Source: Eledone cirrhosa
Lineage: Eukaryota
Direction of reading: 5' to 3'
DNA length: 64,000 bases
Assembly (NCBI GenBank): GCA_964016885.1
Contig: OZ024761.1
Location: 1,426,001-1,490,000 of the forward strand
Position numbers and translations under genes: made by a program. The notes under the pieces are model-generated. The model made no database searches, was not told where the DNA came from, and saw nothing but the letters and a program-made list of their open reading frames with translations. Shown here in pieces: positions 1 through 16,646 of this stretch. Every line of letters begins with the position of its first letter. The first letter of the stretch is position 1.

Positions 1-766
1 TTTACCCTTGTAGCAGTTAATGATGATGCTGCTGCGCCATTCCTTCGGAACGACCCCATTCTGTATGACTTGGTTTACTATCCGGGTGACCATAGTGTGT
101 CCCACCGTTCCAGATGCTTTCAGCATTTCGGCAACTATATGCGAAGGCCCGGCCGCCTTGCCCGTCTTCATGTCTTTGATCGCCTTACTTATTATACTAC
201 CTTCAACTTGCACTGCTGGTCCCTATATTGGGTCAATGTGGGGGAGACTGTCTTTCTCCCATTTATTCTCCTCATTTAGTAGCCTTTCGTAGTGATACTT
301 CCAAGCTACCTTCTTATCAGCGTCAGTGATGGCAAGTACACCATCATCATTTAGGACACACTTCTCCCCGACAATATCACTGTTTTCCTTGACACATTGC
401 CTAGCAATCCTGAACACCTCACGTTTTTGGTCCTCGCGTTGGAGAACATGCTTGAACTTTCTTTCTTCTGCTTCCCTTCTTGCGAAGTACACTTGTCTCC
501 TAGCTTCCCTCCTGGCCACTTGATAGTCTTCTCTACTTCCCCCATCTCGCCATGCTTTCCAAGCCTGCTTTTTGGCCTTGATTGACCTCTCCACCTTACT
601 GTTCCACCACCAAGTTACTCTCCTCCTGCCTATAGGCCTGCTCCAGCCACAGGTTTCATCTGTCGCCTTCAGCAGGTTAGCTTTCAGGAATTCCCACTGT
701 TCCTCTATAGTGTACGACTCTAATTGCTCTTCCTTACTGTCAAAAGCATCAAGTAATATGCTTTTA
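1..766 (-). mobile_element. RTE-clade LINE ORF fragment (linker to RT N-terminus), decayed
   Basis: Minus frame reads ...[20 protein letters not shown]...TWWWN...[10 protein letters not shown], stop, then KAIKDMKTGKAAGPSHIVAEMLK...VPKEWRSSIIINCYKGK, typical of an RTE polyprotein; runs off the window edge. Confidence 0.85.
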
Positions 767-1162
767 AATATATATATGTATATATATATATATACATATA
801 TATATCTGTGTGTGTGTATATATATATATATGAGTGTATATACATATATATATATATGAGTGTATATACATATATATATATATATATATATGAGTGTATA
901 TACATGTATATGAGTGTATATACATATATATATGAGTGTATATACATATATATATATATGAGAGTATATACATATATATATATATGAGTGTATATACATA
1001 TATATATATGAGTGTATATACATATATATATATGAGTGTATATACATATATATATGAGTGTATATACATATATATATACATATATATATACATATATATA
1101 TACATATATATATACATATATATATACATATATATATACATTACATAGATATATATATATAC

Positions 1163-1214
<52 letters not shown>

Positions 1215-1216
1215 GT

Positions 1217-1701
1217 ATTTACCAAAAAGAGGAACAAATCAACAACATTGGATACCATCAGGGTTGCAGGTGTTATATCAGAGTTTTTCTTCTCCTAGAA
1301 TTCTGCCTTGACAAAGGCTAAGGGGTCATCTCTCCCGGTGATTTTGGATGGCCATTGACTCTTAAGAGCCCCTTTGCCCTTTGACAGGTTTTGTTTTTAG
1401 TCCGGCAGGATGTCCTCACCAAGAAACCTTGGTGGGGTTGCCAGTTTAGTCGCCAACGACCCGACCATACATACATACATACATACATAATACATACACA
1501 CACATGAAAACTCTGGTACAAACACTACGCTTGTGACAATTATTGACACATAGTGCTGGGCCCATGGTACCATGTGACGACAAGTAAAGGGAGATCTCCA
1601 GATATAAAGAAATGCCTGTGCCATGAAGCTTTTATAGTGAGCAAAGGCACTGCACAAAGCCAGTCCCACTCTCTTAACCAAGATGATATTTACCAAAAAG
1701 A

Positions 1702-1703
<2 letters not shown>
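1217..1703 (-). mobile_element. Rearranged copy of the RTE-derived non-autonomous element at 17051-17660
   Basis: 1217-1467 matches the reverse complement of about 17110-17369; 1505-1703 matches about 17355-17552. Confidence 0.85.
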
Positions 1704-1745
<42 letters not shown>

Positions 1746-1753
1746 ATATGTAT

Positions 1754-1825
<72 letters not shown>

Positions 1826-1866
1826 GTATGTGTGTATATTTATATATACATATATATACATATATA

Positions 1867-1901
<35 letters not shown>

Positions 1902-1930
1902 ATATATATATATATATACATATATATATG

Positions 1931-3960
<2,030 letters not shown>

Positions 3961-3965
3961 ATCTA

Positions 3966-4063
<98 letters not shown>

Positions 4064-4162
4064 AATGAAGTAATTCCGTCGGAAAAGTCCAGGAAAAAAG
4101 AGTGCTCTATGTAGGTAACAGAGCTTAATAGTTATGTAATAAACAACATAAGGCAATTATTC

Positions 4163-4215
4163 CATTTACCAGTGGTTTCTTAAAAGCAAAAGATTTTGCT
4201 TTCAATCCTCAGAAT
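4163..4215 (-). ncRNA. Type I hammerhead (family B)
   Basis: att-CTGAGGA-ttgaaagcaaa atct tttgcttttaa-GAAACCACTGGTA-aat. Confidence 0.8.
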
Positions 4216-4792
4216 ATATATATATATGTGTACAAGCATACACATACACAAACAAAGCCATACACACATACATATACATACATACATACATGCACACAAT
4301 CATACATATATACACACGTACATACATACACATACATAAATGCACTCCTCTACATATTCACACACGCAAATAAATATAAGAAAAAAAAAATATATATATA
4401 TATATATAACATTTTTGGACAGCGATACACACGGCAGGTAACTGGACAGACACGCGTGGTAAGTAATACACACAAATGCACGTATACATACGTACGAAAT
4501 AGTAAATACATACACACACTCTCACACAAAAATATACATATACAAATACATAAACACATACATAGACATACACAAATACATGCACAAACACGCACACGCA
4601 CACGTATACAATTATACACACACATATGTATATGTAATTATATACACATACATATATATATATATATATACATAAATATAAAAACACACACACACACATA
4701 TATGTATACATACATACATACATACATACATAGCTATACAATTATACACATACAAATACGTACATATCATAAACACGCACAACCAAATACAA

Positions 4793-4823
<31 letters not shown>

Positions 4824-4963
4824 CATACACATACATACACATATATACACATATACATGTGTGTGTGTGTAAAACTCAGTCTTAGATAATTCATATGAAC
4901 CTTCCATATACATATATATAGTAGTAAAGTAATAAAGTAATAAGCAACATAAGGCAATTATTC

Positions 4964-5017
4964 CATTCACCAGTGGTTTCTTAAAAACCAAAAATTTTTC
5001 CTTCAATCTTCAGAATG
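4964..5017 (-). ncRNA. Type I hammerhead (family B), cleavage triplet mutated to GUG
   Basis: catt-CTGAAGA-stem II-GAAACCACTGGTG-aatg; G at position 17 predicts inactivity. Inverted partner of about 6065-6160. Confidence 0.65.
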
Positions 5018-5059
5018 AAAAAAACCTGGTGTATCTACATATACATACATATACACATA

Positions 5060-5258
5060 CGACTCCCGGGAATGAATATGACGGCAGCTAGTAAACAAGG
5101 ACCCACACCCCACCCACCCGCACCAAAATTAGACTCATCGTCCCCTACTTTTGCTTCACTCGACTCCCGGGAATGAATATGACCGCAGCTAGTAAACAAG
5201 GACCCACACCCCCACCCTCCCGCACCAAAATTAGACTTATCGTCCCCTACTTTTGCTC
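5060..5258. repeat. ~100-bp tandem duplication
   Basis: cgactcccgggaatgaatatgac...cccctacttttgct occurs at 5060 and 5161. Confidence 0.9.
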
Positions 5259-5330
5259 TTTACTCTCTTTACTCTTTGTTCTTGAATGTTTGGTTGGTAG
5301 AGTCCATAACACCAATCAAACCCCTTTTAT

Positions 5331-5377
5331 AGCTCTGACGAATCCTACGGTTACGTAAGGAAGAAACATTGTAAGCC
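5331..5377 (+). ncRNA. Type I hammerhead (family C)
   Basis: gct-CTGACGA-a tcctacg gtta cgtaagga a-GAAACATTGTA-agc. Confidence 0.7.
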
Positions 5378-5421
5378 AATAAAAATCTTTTGATGTTGCA
5401 GACGCTCTTGTGTTCTTTATC

Positions 5422-5490
<69 letters not shown>

Positions 5491-5837
5491 AATATACATA
5501 CACATACACATAGGTATGTGAAGGGCAAGGCAAAAGAATATATGGGGGGGGGGGGGCATAGGAAAAGGTGAAATATAATATAATATATATGTTTGTGTAT
5601 GTGTATGCTTGTACACACACATATATATATGTATATGTATATATATATATATGTATGTATATGTGTGTATGTATATGTATTTATATTTATGTTTCTATGT
5701 GTATGTATGTGTGTATATATGTGTGTGTGGTTGTATATATGTATGTGTTTGTGTGTATTTATATACACATATATGTGTGTATATATGTGTGTGTGTGTAT
5801 GTATGAGTGTATGTATATGTGTATATATATGTATATA

Positions 5838-5904
<67 letters not shown>

Positions 5905-6080
5905 CTGTGTGTGTGTATGTATGCTTTTGTGTATGAGTGTGCGTGTTTTTTTTGTGTGTGTGTTTGCATGTGTAGTTTTATTTTATTTTTTCCTTTCTTC
6001 TTCCTTCTCCAGCCTCACTTTCATATAGATTGCATTTTTGTTTTTAAAATCCAAATTCAATAAACAGACCAGGATTTTTT

Positions 6081-6134
6081 CATTCTGATGATTGAAAGCA
6101 AAATCTTTTGCTTTTAAGAAACCACTGGTAAATG
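6081..6134 (+). ncRNA. Type I hammerhead (family B), intact core
   Basis: catt-CTGATGA-11-bp stem II-GAAACCACTGGTA-aatg. Confidence 0.85.
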
Positions 6135-6162
6135 GAATAATTGCCTTATGTTGTTTATTACA

Positions 6163-6256
<94 letters not shown>

Positions 6257-6258
6257 TC

Positions 6259-6350
<92 letters not shown>

Positions 6351-6493
6351 TTGGACCTCTGAAATAGCAATATATATATGGATGTATATATAATGTATTT
6401 TGCAATACACTTTATGCTTAATTAAAAGCATTTTGAAGACCGTATGCTATTGTTTTAGAGTAGTGACAAATTCACTTACTTTAATCTCAGCAA

Positions 6494-6566
6494 ACAGGGG
6501 AGATAAGCCGACAAAACCTTGTTTCGCATTTACTGATGCTTATCAAGGCTAACTACTCCCTCCTGT
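6494..6566 (-). ncRNA. Type I hammerhead with U3-A8 core (family D)
   Basis: gggag tagtt agcc-TTGATAA-gcat cagtaa atgc-GAAACAA ggtt TTGTC-ggct tat ctccc; all three stems pair. Confidence 0.75.
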
Positions 6567-6702
6567 CTACCGAGGTCACTGATGTTATATTCTTATAGAA
6601 TTCTAGTAAATAATCAGGAGCTGATTATACGTATACATACTTATATTTAAGTAACAGCTGTACTAAGAGTGAGAAATGAAATTTCGTTTCATTTGTTCCG
6701 TT

Positions 6703-6733
<31 letters not shown>

Positions 6734-6824
6734 ATATATATGTATATATATATATATATATATATAGCGGCGATGAATTAGTTTTGCGAGGTTTTTTATA
6801 TGAAATCGTGTGTCGAAACAAATA

Positions 6825-7420
6825 TTGTTATACTTGTGGAGGGTCATATTTGTGTGATATTGCCAGAATTAATAACAGAACACACTCACTGTTTGGTTGG
6901 TTTTCGCTTTTCGCTGTCTTTTATATCGGTAATCTAACTTACTCGGTCCTCAATGTTGCCATTGACTGACCGACGGTCAAAAATAATACAGATACAATAT
7001 AGACACGAACCCATATATATAGTTTATCATAAATCTTTCGTTGCACATCTGCAACATCGTCAGTGGTGTTATATTTTCCTTTTTTTTTTTACGCCATTTT
7101 TATTCAGTCTGTCTATAGATCGACAGACTGAATAAAAATGGCGTAGACATACAACACAACAGGAGGAAAATATAACACCACTGACGATGTTGCAGATGTG
7201 CAACGAAAGATTTATGATAAACTATATATATCTGTTCGTGTCTATATTGTATCTGTATTATTTTTGACCGTCGGTCAGTCAATGGCAACATTGAGGACCG
7301 AGTAAGTTAGATTACCGATATAAAAGACAGCGAGAAGCGAAAACCAACCAAACAGTGAGTGTGTTCTGTTATTAATTCTGGCAATATTACACAAATATGA
7401 CCCTCCCCAAGTATAACAAT
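6825..7420. repeat. ~600-bp fold-back palindrome with one HHR per arm (family E)
   Basis: Arms of ~290 bp meet near 7116. acca-CTGACGA-t gttgca gatg tgcaac-GAAA GATT TA-tgat lies at 7177-7218 (+), mirrored at about 7027-7067 (-). Confidence 0.9.
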
Positions 7421-7430
7421 ATATATATAT

Positions 7431-7542
<112 letters not shown>

Positions 7543-7615
7543 TTATACATATATATATATATGTGTATATATATACATATATATATATATGTATATATAT
7601 AGATATGTACATATA

Positions 7616-7786
<171 letters not shown>

Positions 7787-7787
7787 G

Positions 7788-7965
<178 letters not shown>

Positions 7966-8003
7966 AATATACACGGGTGTGTATGATTGTGTATAGAAGA
8001 TTA

Positions 8004-8534
8004 TATTAATAAAAGGAATTCCAACTTTTTCTGAATTACTCGTTTTATTTACAATCCTTTAAAATTCATAATGGTATTAGAATGAAATAGTATGGTAGAA
8101 TATTAAATGTTAAGTGTTAATTGAACAAGTACTTTCAATCTTTTGCTATCTTCAGGTTGATATTCTCTGGTGACAGTAAAGTTTGCAATTTTCAACTGTA
8201 ATGAGATGGGTAAATTTTGTGCCTTTTATACAGTGAAAAGTGGCTACAGAATGCTAAATATTGCAAACTGTATTTCGACAAATCGGTGTGTAGTTTCACT
8301 GGATTACGAAAGCTGATTGTTTTAGGCGTTACAGTTGGTTGAGCACGTCTAACGACTACTAATTGACCCTATCCAAAGCATCAATAGTTTTGCTATTTTC
8401 AGAAATGATGAAAATAGCATTTTCTAGTAATCATCACCATCAACATCACTTTTACTATTATTATTGTTGTTGTTGTTAGTGGTCGTAGTCATAATCATAG
8501 TAGGATTAAATACACAAAGTTGGAATTCCTTTTA

Positions 8535-8540
<6 letters not shown>
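8004..8540 (-). mobile_element. Short element with ~25-bp terminal inverted repeats and a decayed minimal HHR (family F)
   Basis: tattaataaaaggaattccaacttt / aaagttggaattccttttattaata; minus strand 8123-8160 reads aac-CTGAAGA-..-GAAA GTAC TT-gtt. Confidence 0.55.
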
Positions 8541-8616
<76 letters not shown>

Positions 8617-8671
8617 CATATATATATACATATATATATACATATACATATATATATATATATATATACAT

Positions 8672-8732
<61 letters not shown>

Positions 8733-8739
<7 letters not shown>

Positions 8740-10756
8740 TGCCGCCTCGTTATCGAGTATGGCCATTGCACGAGGAGATTTAAAAAAAACAATTTTATAA
8801 ATAAATAAAAAATTAAAAAAAAATTAAAAAAAGAAATATATATATATATATACATATACACATACACATATACACACACACATATATACACATACACATA
8901 TACATTCATAGAAATAATAATAACAACAATAATAATAACGACAACAACAATAATAATATACATATACATATATATATACACATACACGCACACACAGAAA
9001 CATATCTATACACACACACACACGATAGCAACTAACAGCGCTGCGATCGAATGTGGCTTTTTAGCCCAGCCAATGATCTAAAATGTCTTGCACAGAGTCG
9101 GCAACCAAAACATTCACTGGGAATAGTCGGCTGTGGTTGGAGTTCGTGTACTTTTGCATGTCGCTTGAGCCCTCCTGCTGATTTACATTCTCTACCATAT
9201 GTTTGGCAAGCATGATGAGTAGCATCTCCAACAGCAGCCTGGTAGTCAACCACTGGTCTTACTTTATGACTGCGAAGATGACTTTCGAGTCCAGCTTTGC
9301 TTAGGCAGAGTCTCGCACATACGCTGCATGTCAGCACCATAGGAGGACCCTCGCCGTCTGGAAGTGCAACAGCAATGCCCTTCCTCACATCCCGCTTTAC
9401 TTTCTCGTATGCGATTCGAGATGCCTCAAAGGCAACTTTTCCATCATATACAGTCTTTCTCCATTTATTACGGTCAGCAGCAATATTCTCCCATGTATCA
9501 GCAGAGATGTTAGCGTCTTTCAGAGAGGCTTTCAAGGAATCCTTATACCTCTTTTTGGGTTTATGTGGCGGTCATTTTCCTTTAACCAACTCTCCATAAA
9601 AGAGTTGTTTTGGTATTCTAGAATCCTTCATCCTGGCAAGGTGACCACTCCAACGGAGTCGTTGCTTAAGCACAAGAGCTTCTATACTGTCACACATAGA
9701 GCTTTCCAAAATCTCGACATCACTTATGTGGTCCCTCCAGTGAACGCCATGGATTCGTCTGAGACACATCTGATGGAAACGCTCCAATTGCTTAAAGTGG
9801 TGTCGATATATGACCCAAGTCTCGCAGGCATAAAGAAGACAAGAGAGCACACATGCCCTGTACACCTTTACCTTTGTCCTCCTGCATATGTCTCGCCGAC
9901 CCCAGAGTCGACTTTCTAGCTTTCCGAAAGCATCACTTGCTTTCCTAATCCTAAGTGAGATTTCACTGTCAAGGTTGCTGTATCGATTGACAGTGCTTCC
10001 CAGGTAGACAAACTGATCAACCACTCCTTGTCGTTTACCATACACATAGATATTTGGCTCAGTGTACTGCTTACCAGGGGCAGGTTGGTACATGGCGACG
10101 GTTTTCTTGAGACTGACAGTCAATCCTAGGGCAGTGCAAGCGTCAGAAAATGCATTCAAAATGTGCTGCATATCACTCTCTGTGTGTGCTACAAGATCGC
10201 AATCATCTGCATACAAGAGGTCTCTTATGATTGATGTAAATACTTTTGTCTTTGCAGCAAAGCGCCTGATGTTAAATACGCTGCCTGAGGTTCGATATCG
10301 GATGTAAACACCATGCTCGCAATTCCTGAATGCAATACAGAAAACCATTGCAAAGTATATGGCAAACAGGGTCGGAGCTGGAATATCCCCTGTTTCACTC
10401 CATTTTTTACTGAGATAGGCTCCGACATGTTACCTCCGACATTAACCCAAGCCTTCATGTCGTCAGGGAAAGACCTAACTAAAGCAAGGAACTTATCAGG
10501 GCAACTAAGTTTCTGGAGAACCTTCCATAATGCATCTCTGTTAACAGTATCGAAAGCTTTTGTCAGATCGACAAAAACCTGATACCGATCCAAGCCTTGT
10601 TCCATGCACTTCTCCTGGAGCTGTCTAGCTGAGAAGATCATATCAGTACTGCCGCGTCCAGCCACGAAAACCAGATTGACTTTCAGGAAGAACACAATCT
10701 GCAATGTGTGTCAGCAGACGGTCCAGAAGCACCCTACATAAAACTTTCCCTACGAC
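8733..10756 (-). mobile_element. RTE (BovB-like) LINE, 5'-truncated copy 1
   Basis: RT motifs FVDLTKAFD, GVKQG, LYADD, YLGS and RLRWSGH, three C-terminal C2H2 fingers, frameshifts; near-identical to 24545-26585. Confidence 0.93.
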
Positions 10757-11114
10757 TTAACATAAAAACAGTCTTGGCGCAAAATCAATTTTTTACATTC
10801 ACATGATCTCTACCGACCAATCAAAATTGTTTTGACCACAAGAATTTTTGCAACACCAAAGTAGCGCTGGAGCCACTTTTTTAACATAAAAACAGGTAGA
10901 ATTCCCAAAACTAATCAGATCAGAGCAAACAGCACGGACACTCTATCTCAAAATTATTTTTGAAAAGCATTTAGAAATGCGCAACCGGTAAAAACTTAAA
11001 AACTTAAAACCACAACTGAATACTAACCCATACAATCACTAATACTCTTTTATTCCTAATTAAACCATTTTTCAACTGTGAACAATTTGTCAGCATTTTC
11101 TATTCCGTTTACCA
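10757..11114 (+). mobile_element. Non-coding dispersed repeat with variant HHR-like motif at 10957-10993 (family G)
   Basis: 10961-11114 is inverted at 30878-31033; ttt-TTGAAAA-gcatt taga aatgc-GCAA CCGG TA-aaa. Confidence 0.6.
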
Positions 11115-11235
11115 ATATATAATAACTTGTGTGTTACACCTCTATTCTTTTAACTATATATATATATATATACATATATATATACATATATATACATATA
11201 TATATACATATATATATATATATACATATATATAC

Positions 11236-11274
<39 letters not shown>

Positions 11275-11285
11275 CATATATATAC

Positions 11286-11316
<31 letters not shown>

Positions 11317-11341
11317 ATAGTATATATACATATATATATAA

Positions 11342-11422
<81 letters not shown>

Positions 11423-11537
11423 CAAATATATATATATATACATATATATATACATATATATATATATACATACATATATATATATATACATATACATATA
11501 TATATATATATGTATATATATATACATATATATATAC

Positions 11538-11628
<91 letters not shown>

Positions 11629-11724
11629 CATATATATATATACATATATATATATACATACATATATATATATACATATACATATATATATATATAGACA
11701 TATATATATATATACATACACATA

Positions 11725-11758
<34 letters not shown>

Positions 11759-11856
11759 GACATATATATATATACATACACATATATATACATATACATA
11801 TATATATATATACATACATATATATATATACATACATATATATATATACATACATA

Positions 11857-11967
<111 letters not shown>

Positions 11968-12430
11968 TGTAGCATGTTTGTATATAAGAGAGATATAGAT
12001 AGACAAACTGTATGAGTACAACATGGTGTTTCTGCGATTGAAGTCAACTAAAGTTACCCATGAGTATGTGTATATATATATACATACATTTACATATATA
12101 TATATATATATACGTATACATACATACAGACATATATACATACACACACACATACATACAGACATACATACACATATATACACACATACATACACATACA
12201 TATATACACACATACATATACATATATATACACATACATATACATACATACATACATATATACATACACATATACATACATAGATACATACATACATATA
12301 CATACATAAATAGATACATACATACATACATAGACATACATACATACATACATACATACATACATACATACATACATACATACATACATACATACATACA
12401 TACATACATACATACATACATACATACATA

Positions 12431-15400
12431 ATGGCGACCGTTGTGGTCAGTGTCCGATAATCGGACGTGTGTAATTACGGCTTACATGAAGGCAACATAC
12501 CATATATTGGAAAAAGTTGAGCTACATTACGCGGTAAGATTACATACAATAATTCTACATAAGTGTTTAAACTGTAAGTGTGTTGTAAAACACCTATTTA
12601 TATGAACGATACATACACTTATGATATATGAACGATACATACACTTTAACATATAAATGCAACGTTGTTATATTACATTTATAAAGAAATATACAAGTAA
12701 CGTTTTCGATTCAGAAACAGAAACATAAGTGTTTGAACTGTGAATATGTTGTGAATAGGTTGTAGAACACCTGTTTATATGAATGATACATAAACTTTAA
12801 CATATAAATACCGCGTTGTTATATTATATTACATTCATAAAGAAATATACTAAGTAACGGTTCTTTTTGTTCTCGATTCAAACGATTCAAGAACAACGTT
12901 TAAAACACAGTTGTAGAATTAAAAACTAACTGAAAAGAAATATTACTCAAGCTGTGAATAACTTTAAATTTGATTCTGACAGAACTTTGTCGAAACTTTT
13001 AAAGAAGATCATCGACTATTTTGAAAAATAAATACGAAATATTAGTGAATAGACGAACTCACCATGGCAAAAAGTACAAGTCTCCTTCGACCAAATCGCA
13101 ACTACAACCGTTGTATACAGTGGAGCTACGAGCTAAACAAAGTATTATATGAAGCATACAAACAATCTGAACCCCAAAAGTTCGGTTTTATGCAAAGGCT
13201 AAAAACTTTATGGAACTCCAAACACCCAGAATTAGACTTTTCTCCAAAGCATTTAAATGAACAGGCAAAACGTATCATTAGATGTAAATTGATACATCTA
13301 ACGGAATTGAGTGATACTACAAATACAGCCCTTGTAGACAACCACCCCACCTCCACTGACAGACAAAGAGAATGGCCAGTTAAATCTAACAGTGAACAGC
13401 TCACCAACAATTTTGCTGAAATCCATCCCACTTCCACTGAAGAACAGCGAGAAAGGTCAGCTAACTCTAGTAGTAATTATCACCACATCAACAACGAGGC
13501 TGAAATTCATGACTCTACTGAACAAACAGAACACCAAAAACTTGTGGACACCCTACAAGTGATATGGAACGATATGTTTCAAGAGATACACAGCCTTAAT
13601 GTGAGTGACAGACCATACAACACCAGAATCAGTAAAGAACCCACTAAATTGGTATTGGAAGCGGTGAACGAAATAGCTGGCAATTATCTGAAGGCTATAC
13701 GATCTAAAGGTGTAGAAACGACATTTGAAACGCTTAATATTTTGTTATGTTTCAGATGTCACATTGCTATCATATAACACACATCTAAAACCACGCAATC
13801 AAGATACAAACAGAAAGCCTGAACCAGCGTGGATGCGAAATTTAAAAAGCAAAATTTTGTCCCTGAGACGAAGTATCTCACACATCGCAGTCGTTATGAA
13901 ATGCAACATAGAGAGCAACTTCACACGACACCAGGAAGACCTAAAAAAAAAGTTAGAGAGACGATTTGGAGATACAACATTTAAAACTTTGAACTCCAAA
14001 TTACACCAGTTGAAACAACAACTCACAGCTACAACAGAAAGACTAAAATATAAGTCAACAGCACATAAACGACACGTGCTAAATAGATTGTTTGCCAGAG
14101 ATCCTAAATCAGTTTATCGCAGCTTCGGTGGCAAAAGCTCAATCCCTGTAAATGACACCCCTTCAAAAGAACAGGTTGAGAGCTACTGGAGATCTGTATG
14201 GGAAACGGATGCCGGATTCAACAGACAAGCTAATTGGCTAAAAGAACTGGAACAGGACTACTGCCAACATGTCCAGACAAAACAATATGACATAGATGGA
14301 TCAATACTGGAAACAGCTCTACAGAAAATGTCGAATAGGAAATTGCCAGGCCCAGACCTCATTACAGGATACTGGTTGAAGAATTTCACTTTCTATCGGC
14401 AAGATCTCATACGGCTGTTTACAGAAACCATTAAAGGCACACAAGAACTGCCCAGATGGTTATCAACTGCCACTACTCTCCTCATTCCCCAAAATAGCCA
14501 AACCACCCTTGCTAAAAATTACCGCCCAATAGCCTGCCAAAACATCATGTATAAATAATATACTGGGTGCCTTAACCTGTTCTTACAGGATCACTGTGCT
14601 ACCAACAACATCATAACACCTGAGCAGGCTGGTGGAAAGAGGGAGGTTGCATAGATCACCTACTAACTAACAAAATGATTCAGGAAAAAACAACAAAGAA
14701 TCGCAGAAACATGACTGTGGTGTGGCTGGACTATCAAAAAGCATTTGATAGTGTACCTCATGAGTGGATTATTAAGGCTTTACAGTTAGCTAAAGTCCCA
14801 CAATCATTGGTAGCTGCTGTTGAACGCCTGACCAAGAACTGGTACACCAATTTGATCCTTAGAGGTGAGAAGGAGCAAGTTAAGACTGATAAGATACATT
14901 ACCAGAAGGGCATCTTTCAGGGTGATAGCTTGTCAGTGCTACTCTTCGTTCTCTCACTGAATCCACTATCTTACCTACTCAGGAAACAAGGTGGACAAAG
15001 AAGTGGGCCCAGAAGTATCTCCCATCTTTTCTTTGTTGACGACCTGAAGTTGTATGGGCCAAATATCAATGACATCAAGAAACAATTGGACCTCATTACA
15101 CAATTTTCAACCGACATCAAAATGAAATTTGGTGAGTCCAAGTGTGCATATTTGGCAGTAAAACGTGGAAGAGCTGTGCCCTCCTCTAGAAATCTAGAGA
15201 TGAACGGCCTGACAATACAACCTCTACAGTCAGGTGACAACTACAGATATCTTGGACAGGATGAGAATGTCAGATATGATGGACCCATAAATAAGGAGAG
15301 AACCAGAACTGAATACCTCAGAAGAGTAAAGAAAATATGGTCATCAGAATTGTCAGCGTACAACAAATACATTGCCCACAATACTTATGCTGTGCCAATT

Positions 15401-16646
15401 CTAACGCCAACATTTGGCCTGCTGAACTGGTCATTGCAAGAACTAAGTAAGATGGATGTTAGAACTCGAAAACTTCTCAGTGTTACTGGCAACTTTAACA
15501 TCAATGGTGATGTGGATAGGCTATACTTCTCACGCAAGGAAGGTGGCCGGGGTCTAAAATCAATATTAACAACATATGAGACCCGGATAGTAACACTGAC
15601 GCAACACCTTCAACAGAGGAAAAAGGTTGGCAACCATCTTGCCCAGGTTTATGAGCATGAAAAAAAAATATCATTAGAATAGCGACTGATCTGGAGGAGA
15701 GATATGGAATAAAGCCTGATATAAATCTCTCACCCAGAGAAATCGGAAGATCCTATTCAATGTTCAAACAAGATTAAAAAAATTGACCAATTTACAGAAA
15801 AAGTTGTGCATGGATACTTGAGGCGTAAAATACAGACCATAGAGGGCATAAACCACTCAAAAAGCCTGGCATGGAGTTCCGACAAGTTTATGACATCACA
15901 CCTTGGGGGATATCTCTATGCAATACAGGAACAAGAACTCCCTACCAAATATCTGCTGCACAAAAGAGGAGGGCCAGCAGCTGACAATAAATGTAGGCTA
16001 TGTAAAACAAAGATCGAGGATGTAAGTCACATTGTTGCCAGCTGCGAAAGAATGTCATCTCGCTACTACCTCCCCATGAGACACGATGGGATAGCTAGAA
16101 CCATCTGGAACGCACTTCGGAAAACAAAATTAACAACAAACGAGGAAGAATATATTGAGACAGATGGTACTAAGGAATACTGGTGGAACCTGAAAATAAA
16201 AACTGCCACCAAATTAAAGCACAACCGGCCTGATACTGTTGTTTGGGACCACACATTGAAAACGTGTTCTGTTGTGGAGATCAGCTGCCCACTTGATGTA
16301 AACGTTGTCAGAAAAATACAGGAGGAGGACATCTACGGACCATTGATGAGGAGTTTAAAAATCCAGTATCCAAGATATACCTTTAGCTTCATACCCATCA
16401 TTATTGGAGCTACGGGTTATATACCAACCCGCTTGGACCAAAGTATGACTGAACGAACTTGGAGTTGCGAACAAAAAGCGCAGCTCCCTAATTCATAGTC
16501 TACAAATGGCTGCGATAGCTGGCACCTTCAAATTTTGCAAAACATTCTTGCGATTCAAGAGATGACAATTTCTTTTCTTTTACAACCTTGCCACCAGGAA
16601 GGTGGCCGGTCAAAAAAATATACTCGAAATTAAGAGAAAGAGATAA
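12431..16646 (+). mobile_element. Apparently full-length R4/Dong-like non-LTR retrotransposon (RT plus restriction-like endonuclease), disabled
   Basis: Broken ORF 13064 to ~16560: N-terminal W..E.N..L Myb-like region, RT (LDYQKAFDSVPH, GIFQGDSLS, FVDDLK), CRLC..HIVASC knuckle, RHD and RPD..VVEISCP endonuclease motifs. (CATA)n on both flanks. Confidence 0.9.
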
